From positions 1 to 64,000 of the forward strand of contig JBDRQI010000001.1 of NCBI GenBank assembly GCA_043826355.1: a DNA stretch of 64,000 nucleotides, in the 5' to 3' direction. A program made the position numbers and the translations under genes. The notes under the pieces are model-generated. The model saw only the letters and a program-made list of their open reading frames with translations. It was not told where the DNA came from and ran no database searches. Source of the DNA: Candidatus Omnitrophota bacterium. GTDB taxonomy: Bacteria; Ratteibacteria; UBA8468; MWAK01. This document shows, piece by piece, positions 40,545 to 53,583 of this stretch (position 1 is the stretch's first letter; each line of letters opens with the position of its first letter).

Positions 40545-40973
40545 ATGAAAATAATGGCGCGGGTTTTAGGTGTTTTGGGTCTTTTGGTTCTGGTGGTGGC
40601 GATAATCGCCTGCCTGATGGCCCGTCAATACAAAAGGGCATACCTGAATGAAAAGTCGGCCCGGGCCACCGATATAGCAGAGACCGCAGGCCTGTTTCTC
40701 ACCTTTGCCCAGGAGAATCTGTTGAAAGCAAGTCTCGCGGTAAACCGGGGTAATTTTGAAGAAGCCAAGGATGAGATAGCGTCAGCCAAAAAAAGTTTGG
40801 GCGTCTTTGCCAGCCGGCCGCTTCCGGAAGAGATGAAGGGAACCGGTGATTTCAGCGCTTCCGTAGCCGAAATTGAAACCGATTTGGTTAAGGTTAATCC
40901 GGATGTCCAAAAGAAGATTCTGGTTTTAGCGGGTACGATTACAGACCTGCTTAATTCCGCAAACAAAAAGTAA
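40545..40973 (+). CDS. Hypothetical membrane-anchored helical protein
   Basis: Good RBS (aggagg) and an N-terminal hydrophobic helix. Confidence 0.7.
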   Translation: MKIMARVLGVLGLLVLVVAIIACLMARQYKRAYLNEKSARATDIAETAGLFLTFAQENLLKASLAVNRGNFEEAKDEIASAKKSLGVFASRPLPEEMKGTGDFSASVAEIETDLVKVNPDVQKKILVLAGTITDLLNSANKK

Positions 40974-41010
40974 TATTAATACAAACGAATTAAATATTTT
41001 GACGCAGTAA

Positions 41011-41097
41011 TGTAGGTGAGAGGATTCCTCCCCTTCCGCGGGCGGGGATTCGCCTTCGCCAAGGTTGGGGAGGACACAGCGTAACCCCATCCCTACA
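41011..41097. repeat. Composite GTAG...CTAC REP doublet
   Basis: tgtaggtgagagg...cgccttcgccaagg...gtaaccccatccctaca; related to 47627-47740. Confidence 0.75.
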
Positions 41098-41186
41098 ATT
41101 TTTTGATGTAAATTTACGAAAACGCCAGAATGCCCCGCCCTGTGGGCGGGGTTCTGCGCTTATTGCGTTTGTACTAGTGGTATATT

Positions 41187-41259
41187 GGGGCGTTGGTCCA
41201 GTGGCCCAAGATAACGGCCTTTCACGCCGTCGACACGGGTTCGATTCCCGTACGCCCCG
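41187..41259 (+). tRNA. tRNA-Glu (TTC)
   Basis: GGGGCGT...ACGGC-CTTTCAC-GCCGT...GGGTTCGATTCCC-GTACGCCCCG cloverleaf. Confidence 0.92.
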
Positions 41260-41302
41260 CACGGCACTCGGTTGTCTGGTCCGCGGAACACTCTACGTGA
41301 CG

Positions 41303-41442
41303 GACAAAACTACGCAACTCGGGAACGAGGCTCTCCGTGTTCTCACCTACACTTCAAGGCGAGCCCCGGATACTCATTCCCTCGTATTGCTTGTTTTGTT
41401 CCCGTCACTCCGCGAAGTTCCGCTTGCCAGACGATCCTCGTT
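41303..41442 (+). repeat. ~140-bp dispersed repeat, copy 3
   Basis: Matches 30677-30845 and the reverse complement of 38806-38944. Confidence 0.8.
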
Positions 41443-41462
41443 TAGAGAAAAACTATAAAATT

Positions 41463-42251
41463 ATGGATATTTTTATGTCTATCTTCGCGTTTGTGCTGGG
41501 CGCGGTATTTGGCAGTTTTCTTAATGTCTGCATCTACCGGCTACCCAGAAGTTTTTCCATCGTAAAGCCGGGTTCTTATTGTCCCAGCTGCCGCAAACCG
41601 ATTGAGTGGTTTGATAATATCCCTTTCTTCGGTTATCTGGTTTTGCGCGGCCGCTGCCGGCGCTGTCACAAAAAAATAAGCCCGCGGTACGTCCTGGTAG
41701 AACTATTGACCGCGTCCCTTTTTCTGGCCCTTTACCTCCGATTCGGGCTTTCGGCTTCCTTCTTTATCTTCGGGCTTTTTATTCTGGGGCTGATTCTGGT
41801 TACCTTCATTGACTTGGAGCATTATCTGATTCCGGACCTGGTGGTCTATCCCGGCATCGTGCTGGGTCTCCTCTTTAATTTCTTTTTTCCGCAGATGGCA
41901 TTATCCGCCAGCCCGTTATTTGCCTTGAAAGAAGCGGCTATCGGTGTTTTAGTGGGCGGCGGTTCTCTTTACCTTATTGCCCTGGTTGGCCAACTTGTGC
42001 TCAAAAAGGAAGCGATGGGCGGCGGCGACATTAAACTGCTGGCGATGATCGGCGCATTCTTAGGCTGGAAAGCCGTTTTGGTGAGCATCTTTTTCGGCTC
42101 GCTTATCGGCGCCGTCGTCAGCATTCTGTTGATCTTTATCGGCCTGAAGAAAAGAACCGATTACATTCCTTTTGGTCCTTACCTTTCGCTGGGAGGGGTA
42201 ATCGCGCTTTTTTATAAGGGCAGCATCTTCTTAGGCTATTATCAAATTTAA
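41463..42251 (+). CDS. pilD: Prepilin peptidase (A24)
   Basis: GSFLNVCIYRLP, CPSC/CRRC, FIDLEH, MGGGDIKL, PFGPYL; start moved to 41463. Confidence 0.93.
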   Translation: MDIFMSIFAFVLGAVFGSFLNVCIYRLPRSFSIVKPGSYCPSCRKPIEWFDNIPFFGYLVLRGRCRRCHKKISPRYVLVELLTASLFLALYLRFGLSASFFIFGLFILGLILVTFIDLEHYLIPDLVVYPGIVLGLLFNFFFPQMALSASPLFALKEAAIGVLVGGGSLYLIALVGQLVLKKEAMGGGDIKLLAMIGAFLGWKAVLVSIFFGSLIGAVVSILLIFIGLKKRTDYIPFGPYLSLGGVIALFYKGSIFLGYYQI

Positions 42252-42392
42252 TACATTAATTGCTTTTTTGGGACGCAGATGTGCGCAGAAACAACTGGAG
42301 AATGCAAAATCATAATTTTAAATATTTTTCTAAAAAATTTTAAGTTATTTTTATCGGCGGTAATCTGCGAAAATTCGCGTCCTATTTAATTT

Positions 42393-44438
42393 ATGTCAGG
42401 CTGGAACCTGTCGGTACGCTACATCAAGGGTGTCGGCCAGAAGAGAGCCGAAATTCTCCAGAAAGTCGGCATTGAAAACTTTTTTGACCTTCTTTATTAT
42501 TTTCCCCGCCGTTACGAAGACCGTAACCGGATCGGCAAAATTTCCCAGGCAGTGCCCGGCGAGAACGTAACCGTGCGGGCCGAAGTTCTTACTGCCGGGC
42601 AGAAAAACGGTTACCGGGGGAAACGTATCTTTACCGTGGCTGTAAACGACGGCACCGGGATTCTTTTCGCCACCTTTTTTAACCAGCCCTATCTTCAGGA
42701 TACCTTTAAACCCGGGAAGGAAGTTATGCTTTTCGGGCGGTTGGAAATTTACAAGGGTGAGAGGCAGATGATCCATCCGGCATTTGAAATTATCGGCGGC
42801 GAGGAATCCGGGCCAGGGGAAACCGGCCGAATCGTCGCCCTTTACCGGGTTCCCGAAGGTTTGAGCCAGCGCAGTTTTCACCAGATTATCTGGACGGCCC
42901 TGGAGAAGACTGGTGATTATCCCAAAGAGGTTGTTCCGTTTTTAATCAGGGAAAATCTGAATTTGGGTAATTTGTGCTATGCTCTTAAGAATATTCATTT
43001 TCCCGCCAGTTTCGTTGACCTGAAGAAAGCGCGGGAATATTTGATATTCGAAGAGTTTTTCCTGCTGACTGCGGCTATGTTTAGACACCGCATGCAGACC
43101 GCCCGCTTAAAGAAAAATGCAGGGGAGGGGCTGTGTCCCCTCCCGGATTTTTTAACCCGTTTTCAGAATCTCCTTCCTTTTTCCCTGAGCGAAAGCCAGC
43201 AGACTGCTCTGGGTGAAATTATAACCGACCTGCAAAAACCGTTTCCGATGCAGCGGCTGTTGACCGGCGAAGTTGGTTCCGGCAAGACGGCCTGTGCCGC
43301 CGGCGCCATCTTTTATACGATACTTTCCGGCGGCCAGGCCGCGCTTCTGGCGCCGACGGAAATCCTGGCCGAGCAGCACTTCCTGACTTTTCAGCGCATT
43401 TTTGCCCGGGCCGGTTGCGAGGTTGCGCTTCTGGTGAACGCAGTCACTAAAAAAGATAAGGATAGAATCAAAAAAGAGCTGGCGGCCGGGAAGATATCGC
43501 TGGTAATCGGTACCCACAGCCTTCTTTCGGAGAAACTGAACTTTACTTCCCTTTCGCTTGCGGTTATCGACGAAGAGCATAAATTCGGCGTTAACCAGCG
43601 GGACCTCCTCGGCGAAAAAGGGAAGGGCGTCCACGTTCTGCTGATGAGCGCCACGCCCATTCCCCGGACCCTCGCGCTTACCCTTTACGGCGGACTTTCC
43701 CTGAGCAATCTTTCGGAACGGGGTCAGCGCAAGGTAGCCACCTATCTCTTTCAAAAAGATGAGCGGGACTCTGCCTATCGGCTCTTTGACACGCTTGTGC
43801 AGCAGGGAAAGTCCGGCTATGTCGTTACCAGCCGTTTGAAAAAGAGCGAGGGATTAATCGGCGCCCAACCGCTCTTCGAAGAGATATCCGACCGATTTCC
43901 GCACTGGAACCCGGCCTTGATCTACGGAGGCCTCTCCCTGCCGGAGAAGGAGAAGGCGATTGATGGATTCCGCAGCGGCAAATATAGGGTGTTGGTAGCC
44001 ACCTCGGTGGTGGAGGTGGGGCTTGATCTGCCGGAGGCAGACATCCTGATGGTGGAAGACGCCGAGCGTTTCGGCCTGTCGCAACTGCACCAGATGCGCG
44101 GCCGCATCGGTCGTAAGTTCCAGGACGCCCTTTGCCTGGTTATCGGAGACGCAGAGTCTGAAACAGGCGCGGAAAGGTTAAATCTTTTCGCTTCTATTAA
44201 TCAGGGAGAGCAGTTGGCGGAAGACGACCTGGTCTTGCGGGGCGAGGGCGAGGTCTTGGGCGAGCGCCAGCACGGTCTGCCGCCGCTGCGCATCGCAAAC
44301 TTACGGAGAGACCTGAAGTTACTGCAGGTTGCGCGCGATTCCGTCCAGGAAATACTTTCAAAAGACCCGAATCTCGTTTCCCATCCGGAGCTTTCTCTTC
44401 GTCTCCAGATGCAGGATATGCGGAATAATAAAACGTAG
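42393..44438 (+). CDS. recG: ATP-dependent DNA helicase RecG, with an in-frame REP
   Basis: GEVGSGKT, APTEILAEQH, DEEHKFG, SATPIPRT, AERFGLSQLHQMRGR. Confidence 0.96.
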   Translation: MSGWNLSVRYIKGVGQKRAEILQKVGIENFFDLLYYFPRRYEDRNRIGKISQAVPGENVTVRAEVLTAGQKNGYRGKRIFTVAVNDGTGILFATFFNQPYLQDTFKPGKEVMLFGRLEIYKGERQMIHPAFEIIGGEESGPGETGRIVALYRVPEGLSQRSFHQIIWTALEKTGDYPKEVVPFLIRENLNLGNLCYALKNIHFPASFVDLKKAREYLIFEEFFLLTAAMFRHRMQTARLKKNAGEGLCPLPDFLTRFQNLLPFSLSESQQTALGEIITDLQKPFPMQRLLTGEVGSGKTACAAGAIFYTILSGGQAALLAPTEILAEQHFLTFQRIFARAGCEVALLVNAVTKKDKDRIKKELAAGKISLVIGTHSLLSEKLNFTSLSLAVIDEEHKFGVNQRDLLGEKGKGVHVLLMSATPIPRTLALTLYGGLSLSNLSERGQRKVATYLFQKDERDSAYRLFDTLVQQGKSGYVVTSRLKKSEGLIGAQPLFEEISDRFPHWNPALIYGGLSLPEKEKAIDGFRSGKYRVLVATSVVEVGLDLPEADILMVEDAERFGLSQLHQMRGRIGRKFQDALCLVIGDAESETGAERLNLFASINQGEQLAEDDLVLRGEGEVLGERQHGLPPLRIANLRRDLKLLQVARDSVQEILSKDPNLVSHPELSLRLQMQDMRNNKT

Positions 44439-44484
44439 GGGCGCCATTTATGGCGCCCGCGGATCGGATAAATCCGACCCCTAC
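44435..44484. repeat. GTAG...CTAC REP doublet
   Basis: gtaggggcgccatttatggcgccc-gc-ggatcggataaatccgacccctac; its TAG is the recG stop codon. Confidence 0.9.
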
Positions 44485-44491
44485 ATAAAAC

Positions 44492-45166
44492 ATGAACCCT
44501 AAAAAAGATTTGCTAATCCTGATTCCGGCCTGCAATGAAGCCCGGTTTATCGCAGAGGTAGTTAAAGGGTCTGCGCCGTACGCGGCTGAGGTGGCGGTGG
44601 TTGACGACGGGTCCACTGACGCTACCGGAGAGGTTGCCGGGTCAGCCGGCGCTACGGTTATCCGGCATCCAGTGAATAAGGGTAAGGGCGCTGCACTTCA
44701 GGCGGGTTTCAACTACGCTTTTGACCGGGGGTATCAGACGGTCCTGACCATGGACGGGGACGGCCAGCACCGGTCGGAAGATATTCCTTTGCTTCTGGAG
44801 CGTTACCAAAAATCCGGCGTCGGTATGGTGGTCGGCTGCCGGCCGCGGAGCCTTAAAAATATGCCGCTGGACCGATTTGTCACCAACTGGTTTACATCGG
44901 CGCTGGTCTCTTTCCTGGCCCGGCAGAGGGTACAGGACAGCCAGAGCGGTTTTCGGGTTATGGATGTAAGAATTGTACCGTCGCTCTTGTTTTCCACCAG
45001 CCATTTTGACACCGAATCGGAGATTCTGGTTGATGCAAGCCGCGCCGGATTTAAGATTACAGAAGCGCCGATTCAAACCGTTTACGGTAGCGAAAAGAGC
45101 AAACAGAATCCCGTGCGCGACACCATCCGGTTCTTCCGTTTCTTCTTCCGCCGGCTTTTTAAATAG
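44492..45166 (+). CDS. GT2 glycosyltransferase (DPM-synthase-like)
   Basis: IPACNE, VDDGSTD, NKGKG, DGDGQH, DSQSGFR. Confidence 0.9.
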   Translation: MNPKKDLLILIPACNEARFIAEVVKGSAPYAAEVAVVDDGSTDATGEVAGSAGATVIRHPVNKGKGAALQAGFNYAFDRGYQTVLTMDGDGQHRSEDIPLLLERYQKSGVGMVVGCRPRSLKNMPLDRFVTNWFTSALVSFLARQRVQDSQSGFRVMDVRIVPSLLFSTSHFDTESEILVDASRAGFKITEAPIQTVYGSEKSKQNPVRDTIRFFRFFFRRLFK

Positions 45167-45269
45167 AAATGTTCCTAATGCAGGGGAGGGGTTACGCCCC
45201 CCTTCCGCCAGAGGCGGACTTTCAGCCTGTGGGCGGGGTTCTTCGCTTATTGCGTTTGCATCAAGTTCT

Positions 45270-46223
45270 ATGTCTCAATTAGATTTCAGCAAAGCCCGCG
45301 AGCAAATGGTTAAAGAGCACCTTGCCGGCCGGGAGATAAAAGACCCGGCGGTTCTCTCTGCGTTTCGCCGTGTTCCCCGGGAAAGGTTTGTGCCGCCGGA
45401 ATATCAGAACGATGCTTACGGAGATTTTCCGCTGCCCATCGGCTTTGACCAGACCATCAGCCAGCCCTATATCGTCGCCCTGATGATAGAGGCGCTTTCG
45501 CTGACAAAGAGCGGTAAGGTTCTGGAAATCGGTACCGGGAGCGGCTACCAGACCGCACTTCTGGCGGAAATCGCCTCTGCTGTCTATTCCGTTGAACGGA
45601 TATCGGAACTGGCGCAGCGGGCAAGGGAAATTTTGAAGGAACTCGGTTATAATAATGTCAGAGTTAAAATAGATGACGGGACACAGGGTTTGCCGGAACA
45701 CCAACCCTATGATGCGATTATCGTCAGCGCGGCTGCAGAGGAGGTTCCGCCGGGTCTTTTGAGACAGTTGGCTTTTAACGGCCGGATGGTCATTCCGGTC
45801 GGCAGTCTCTGGGAACAGGAATTGATTCTTTACCGGAAGACGAAATCCGGCATCGTTTCCCAAAATCTGGGCGGTGTCCGGTTTGTCCCCCTTATACCCT
45901 CAACCCGTCGGGGAGAGGGTATAAGGGGGACAGAAATGGTTAAACAATTAAAGCGTCTGCATCTTTATATCTCCGGTTATGTCCAGGGGGTCGGTTTTCG
46001 CTGGCACGCGGAGAGAATTGCCCGGCGCATCAGCGGTGTTACCGGTTTTGTGCGCAACCTGGACGACGGTCGGGTTGAGGTTGTGGTTGAGGGCGACGAG
46101 GCGCTTCTGCATCAGTTCAAAAAAGGGCTGGAAGAAGGTGTTTTGAGCCGGAACATTGAACACGTTGAAACTATTGACGAACCATACACCGGCAAATTTT
46201 CCGATTTTTCCATCACTTTTTAA
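45270..46223 (+). CDS. pcm: Protein-L-isoaspartate O-methyltransferase fused in frame to acylphosphatase
   Basis: QTISQP, LEIGTGSGY, RFVPL, then a palindrome-encoded linker, then from ATG 45936 the acylphosphatase motifs VQGVGFR and GFVRN. Confidence 0.9.
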   Translation: MSQLDFSKAREQMVKEHLAGREIKDPAVLSAFRRVPRERFVPPEYQNDAYGDFPLPIGFDQTISQPYIVALMIEALSLTKSGKVLEIGTGSGYQTALLAEIASAVYSVERISELAQRAREILKELGYNNVRVKIDDGTQGLPEHQPYDAIIVSAAAEEVPPGLLRQLAFNGRMVIPVGSLWEQELILYRKTKSGIVSQNLGGVRFVPLIPSTRRGEGIRGTEMVKQLKRLHLYISGYVQGVGFRWHAERIARRISGVTGFVRNLDDGRVEVVVEGDEALLHQFKKGLEEGVLSRNIEHVETIDEPYTGKFSDFSITF

Positions 46224-46225
46224 CT

Positions 46226-46345
46226 GTAGGGGTCGGATTTATCCGACCCGGCACCGAAATTATAGGCGGGTTCCCTTTCCAACGCTCTGGAAAGGGGCGC
46301 GATTCATCGCGCCCGAAAAAGCTTGTAGGGGATTTATCGAACCCG
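46226..46345. repeat. REP cluster left of the RAYT
   Basis: gtaggggtcggatttatccgacccg; ggggcgcgattcatcgcgccc preceded by a ccctttcca..tggaaaggg module; gtaggggatttatcgaaccc. Confidence 0.9.
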
Positions 46346-46367
46346 AAAAAAACGTGTTGAACTGTAT

Positions 46368-46799
46368 ATGAACAATTTGCCCAAACGCAAGGAAATTCGT
46401 TTGAAAAACTACGATTATTCTTCAAACGGCTACTATTTTGTGACCATTTGTACTAATAACAAGCAGCCCTTTATAGAGAAACACAGAAAAGTAATTGAGA
46501 AAACTTTGCTAAGTCTTCCCGTAAGATTTCCCGGTGTAACTCTTGATTACTATTGCCTGATGTCCACCCATCTTCATATGATTTTAATTCTTGATAAGGT
46601 TAAAGTTACTTTATCCCAGATAGTGCGAACTTTCAAAGCCTTGGTGACCAAAATCACCGAAGAAAAATCCCTTTGGCAGCGGAATTATTATGAACACGTG
46701 GTAAGGACAGAAAAAGCATTATCCAAAATTCAGGAATATATTCAGAACAATCCTTTGGTAGAACGAATAAAGTTTGAGCAGTTTTATGAAGCGGGTTGA
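46368..46799 (+). mobile_element. REP-associated tyrosine transposase (RAYT / TnpA-REP, Y1 HUH)
   Basis: RLKNYDYS..GYYFVTICT, HLH (HUH motif), WQRNYYEHVVR, EYIQNNP; flanked by inverted GTAG-REPs. Confidence 0.9.
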
Positions 46800-46854
46800 G
46801 AACGACACTCGTCCCTGCCATACGCCGAAGAATAGAAGTGGGTTAATTACTGGC

Positions 46855-46879
46855 CGGGTTCGATAAATCGAACCCCTAC
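46855..46879 (-). repeat. REP right of the RAYT (inverted)
   Basis: cgggttcgataaatcgaacccctac. Confidence 0.9.
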
Positions 46880-46893
46880 AATTATAGAATAAT

Positions 46894-47301
46894 ATGGAAA
46901 CGATACAGGTCAGGACCAGAAGCAGGCAGGAGTTCGTGGATATTACCCGGGAGGTCAGGGAAAAGGTCCGGAAGATGGGCTGGCAGGACGGCGCACTCTT
47001 TATCTTTGTGCCGCACACTACCGCCGGCATCTTTATCAACGAGCACGCAGACCCGGACGTGGCGGAAGACGTTTTGGCTCTCGCTGGCCGGATTGTCCCG
47101 GACCAATTTCCCTATCGGCACTCGGAAGGCAACAGCCCGGCGCACGTCAAGTCGGTCCTGTTTAACAATTCGCTTTACGTAATTTTGGAAAAAGGCGACC
47201 TGGTCCTGGGGACCTGGCAGGGCATATTTTTTGCGGAGTTTGACGGCCCAAGGAACAGAGAGGTGTATTTGAAGTTTATTTCCGGCGGAGGACAAGGATG
47301 A
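46894..47301 (+). CDS. yjbQ: YjbQ/UPF0047 family protein
   Basis: PHTTAG, INE, HSEGNSPAH, LGTWQGIFF..EFDGPR. Confidence 0.92.
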   Translation: METIQVRTRSRQEFVDITREVREKVRKMGWQDGALFIFVPHTTAGIFINEHADPDVAEDVLALAGRIVPDQFPYRHSEGNSPAHVKSVLFNNSLYVILEKGDLVLGTWQGIFFAEFDGPRNREVYLKFISGGGQG

Positions 47302-47603
47302 AAGCAGAAAACATTGACTTAAACAAGAAGATTAAATTTTCCAAAGGCGGGATTGTAAGCAAAGTCATTGCCGAAGGAAAGGAATCAGAAATTTCTCTCT
47401 TCTGTATGGCCAGGGGAACCGTTATGTCCGAGCACACCTCCGGCCGGGAGGCAACGGTTCTGGTTTTGAAAGGGAAAGGCACTTTTAATCTTGCCGGTAA
47501 AGACCTGGCGCTTGCGCCCGGGGTTCTTGTTTTCATGCCGGCCAAGACCAGGCACAGCCTGGCGGCCGAAGAAAACCTGGCATTTTTGCTGTATCTGGCA
47601 TAA
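47298..47603 (+). CDS. Cupin-domain protein
   Basis: SEHTS..EATVLVLKG, MPAKTRHSL. Confidence 0.85.
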   Translation: MKAENIDLNKKIKFSKGGIVSKVIAEGKESEISLFCMARGTVMSEHTSGREATVLVLKGKGTFNLAGKDLALAPGVLVFMPAKTRHSLAAEENLAFLLYLA

Positions 47604-47610
47604 GCGATAA

Positions 47611-49746
<2,136 letters not shown>

Positions 49747-49821
49747 AATTTCTCCCCCTTTTGCGCCGGAGGCGCACTCGCCTCTGGCGAGGAGGAGGGA
49801 GGTGTAGGTGGGGGTGGTAAC

Positions 49822-50433
49822 ATGCTGAAAGTAAAGACGATAGCAGTAGGTTTTTTGGGCACAAACTGTTATCTGGCAGTAGACCCGGAGACCAACCAGG
49901 GTATTATCATTGACCCGGGCGCCGACAGGGAGAAGATATTGAAGGCGGTTGACCGCAGCGGCGCGGTATTTACCGCTGTAATCAATACGCACGGCCATTT
50001 TGACCATATCGCCGCCGATATCATAAAGACAGAACTGGGAGTTCCTCTCTTAATCCACAAATTGGATATGCCCAGGTTTAAGAACGGGTTGGCCGACCAG
50101 ATGCTGCTGCTTGGTTTCGGCCCGCCCGAAGAGATGCCGGAGCCGGATAAGTTCCTGAAGGAAGGCGACGAAATCAGGGTAGGAAACGAAAAACTCGTTG
50201 TTTGGCATACGCCCGGTCACACGCCCGGCGGAATCTCTCTTTTGGGAAAAGGTCTGGTCTTTACCGGGGACACACTCTTCTGCGAGGGTGTGGGCCGGAC
50301 CGATTTGGACGGCGGCAGCGACGAGGATTTAAACAGGTCTCTGGAGCGTCTTCTCCGTCTGCCCGGTGAGATAGTTGTCTATCCGGGACACGGAACGGCT
50401 TCCACCATAGAGCACGAAAGACCCACGATTTAA
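49822..50433 (+). CDS. MBL-fold metallo-hydrolase (glyoxalase II-like)
   Basis: THGHFDH, PGHTPG, GDTLF, PGHG. Confidence 0.92.
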   Translation: MLKVKTIAVGFLGTNCYLAVDPETNQGIIIDPGADREKILKAVDRSGAVFTAVINTHGHFDHIAADIIKTELGVPLLIHKLDMPRFKNGLADQMLLLGFGPPEEMPEPDKFLKEGDEIRVGNEKLVVWHTPGHTPGGISLLGKGLVFTGDTLFCEGVGRTDLDGGSDEDLNRSLERLLRLPGEIVVYPGHGTASTIEHERPTI

Positions 50434-50437
50434 TCAC

Positions 50438-51310
50438 ATGACAAACACCCATCTTACAAAAATAGAAAAATTTTCAGGTTACCTGCTGACCGAACGCGGC
50501 CTGAGCAAAAATACGGTTATGGCTTACCGCCGCGACCTGGAGAAACTTTACGCATTTCTGGAAAAGGAGAATCTAAAAATTTCCGGCCTGACCTACCCGA
50601 TCTTTACTTCATTCCTGATGGAGATGCGCCGGACCCTTTCGCCTGTTTCCTGCGCCCGGACGATGGCGGCGATATCCACCTTTCTGAAGTTCCAACTCCA
50701 GGAGGGGAATTTAAAGAAACATCCCTTGCCTGACCTGGAAAGTCCCCGGCTGGAGAAGAACCTGCCGGAGGTTCTATCCGTCAAAGAAATGGAAGCGCTC
50801 CTGTCTGCGCCCGGCGACTCACCCGCTGGAATCAGAGATAAGGCAATTCTGGAACTTCTCTACGCCACCGGAATGCGGGTCAGCGAACTGGCCGGCTTGA
50901 AAACAGAGGACGTAAATTTGGAAGAAAAACTGCTGCGGGTGAAAGGAAAGGGGAATAAAGAGCGTCTTATTCCCTTCGGCGAACCGGCAGCAAGGGCTGT
51001 CCGGAAGTACCTGGAAATCCGTCCGGCGGTTTGCGAAAACCTGTTTTTGAGCCGGCAGAAAAAGTTGTTGAGCCGGCAGTCGGTCTGGAAGGTTATCCGC
51101 AAGGCGGCCCTGACCGCCGGCCTGTCTAAAAATATCTATCCGCACATCCTGCGCCATTCGTTTGCGACGCACCTTCTGGAAGCCGGCGCCGGTATCCGCA
51201 CCGTTCAGGAACTGTTGGGCCACCAGAGTTTGGCCACCACCCAGATTTACACGCATCTGGACCAAAGCCGGCTCAAAGAGATACATACCAAATATCATCC
51301 GAGACCCTGA
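50438..51310 (+). CDS. xerD: Tyrosine recombinase XerD
   Basis: YATGMRVSE, GKGNKER, PHILRHSFATH, LGH, TTQIY. Confidence 0.88.
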   Translation: MTNTHLTKIEKFSGYLLTERGLSKNTVMAYRRDLEKLYAFLEKENLKISGLTYPIFTSFLMEMRRTLSPVSCARTMAAISTFLKFQLQEGNLKKHPLPDLESPRLEKNLPEVLSVKEMEALLSAPGDSPAGIRDKAILELLYATGMRVSELAGLKTEDVNLEEKLLRVKGKGNKERLIPFGEPAARAVRKYLEIRPAVCENLFLSRQKKLLSRQSVWKVIRKAALTAGLSKNIYPHILRHSFATHLLEAGAGIRTVQELLGHQSLATTQIYTHLDQSRLKEIHTKYHPRP

Positions 51311-52194
51311 TGCGAAAATTATTACTGATATCGCTATTTTGGATTTTATTGGCGCTGCCCGTTTCGGCCGAGACCTGGTACTTTGCGGTGGTGGGCGATA
51401 CGCAGGGGACGAACCTTGCCGAGCCGGTATCTCCCGTCTTCGATAAAATAATCGAGAAGGTGAACGAACTTAAACCTGATTTTCTGGTTCACCTGGGCGA
51501 TAAGGTTTCCGGTTCCGGTAACCCGGAAATTTTAAAGAAGCAGTTTTTAATCTATCGGCAGAAAACGGCAGCGCTTGCCCTGCCTCTTTACGAGGTTCCG
51601 GGCAACCACGACCTGCCGAATAAAGATTGTTATCCGATTTACCGGGAGGTTATTTCTCCGCAGCGCTACTACTCTTTTAACCATAAAGGCTGTCACTTCG
51701 TGGTCTTGAGCAGCGAGGAGAATCCTGGAGTGAACGGTGGTTTGGGTAAAGAGCAGTTGACCTGGCTGGAGGAAGACCTTAAGGAACACGCCGGTCAGCC
51801 CGTATTTACTTTTATGCACCGGCCTCTTTATCGGGGAATAATCCATCCGTATAATTTGGCGGACGCCGGAAACCTGGAGCGGGTTTTGCAGCGTTATAAA
51901 GTCAAGTATCTGTTTGCCGGGCACGAACACCGCTTTGGCATCAGCCACCAGGGCGGAATGGTGGAGTACATCAGCGGCGGCGGCGGAGCGCCTCTGCTCA
52001 ATTTTTCCGAAGAGAGCGGCGGTTTTTACCACTTTCTGCTGGTCAAGGTTGAAGACGGTAAGCCGGAAGTGGATTTCATCAAGATTGACCATCCCAAGAC
52101 CTATCAAGATTTCCGCGGCCTCTGGAAGGCTTTTCAATACCTTCGCGACGTTTCTGAACAGGACAAGAAGGGGGAAGGCGGAGAATTTCCGTAA
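51310..52194 (+). CDS. Secreted calcineurin-like metallophosphoesterase
   Basis: Signal peptide; GDTQ, LGD, GNHD, H, GHEH. Confidence 0.88.
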   Translation: MRKLLLISLFWILLALPVSAETWYFAVVGDTQGTNLAEPVSPVFDKIIEKVNELKPDFLVHLGDKVSGSGNPEILKKQFLIYRQKTAALALPLYEVPGNHDLPNKDCYPIYREVISPQRYYSFNHKGCHFVVLSSEENPGVNGGLGKEQLTWLEEDLKEHAGQPVFTFMHRPLYRGIIHPYNLADAGNLERVLQRYKVKYLFAGHEHRFGISHQGGMVEYISGGGGAPLLNFSEESGGFYHFLLVKVEDGKPEVDFIKIDHPKTYQDFRGLWKAFQYLRDVSEQDKKGEGGEFP

Positions 52195-52205
52195 AATCAG
52201 GGAGA

Positions 52206-52235
52206 TTGAATTAGTTGTTAGATTTGAAGTATAAT
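52206..52235 (+). promoter_or_regulatory. Sigma70-type promoter for eno
   Basis: TTGAAT-18 nt-TATAAT. Confidence 0.55.
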
Positions 52236-52254
52236 AATGATATGGGGCGGATAA

Positions 52255-53547
<1,293 letters not shown>

Positions 53548-53583
53548 ACGTTAATCCGTTGCGTATATTTTATAGGGCAGGGG

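Noticed and set aside
46368..46799. IS200/IS605 element with TnpB or IscB
   Set aside because: No adjacent RuvC nuclease ORF; the motifs and REP flanks fit a RAYT
50438..51310. Tyrosine recombinase as a prophage or island integrase
   Set aside because: Typical XerD length and motifs, embedded in a housekeeping operon, with no att sites or cargo
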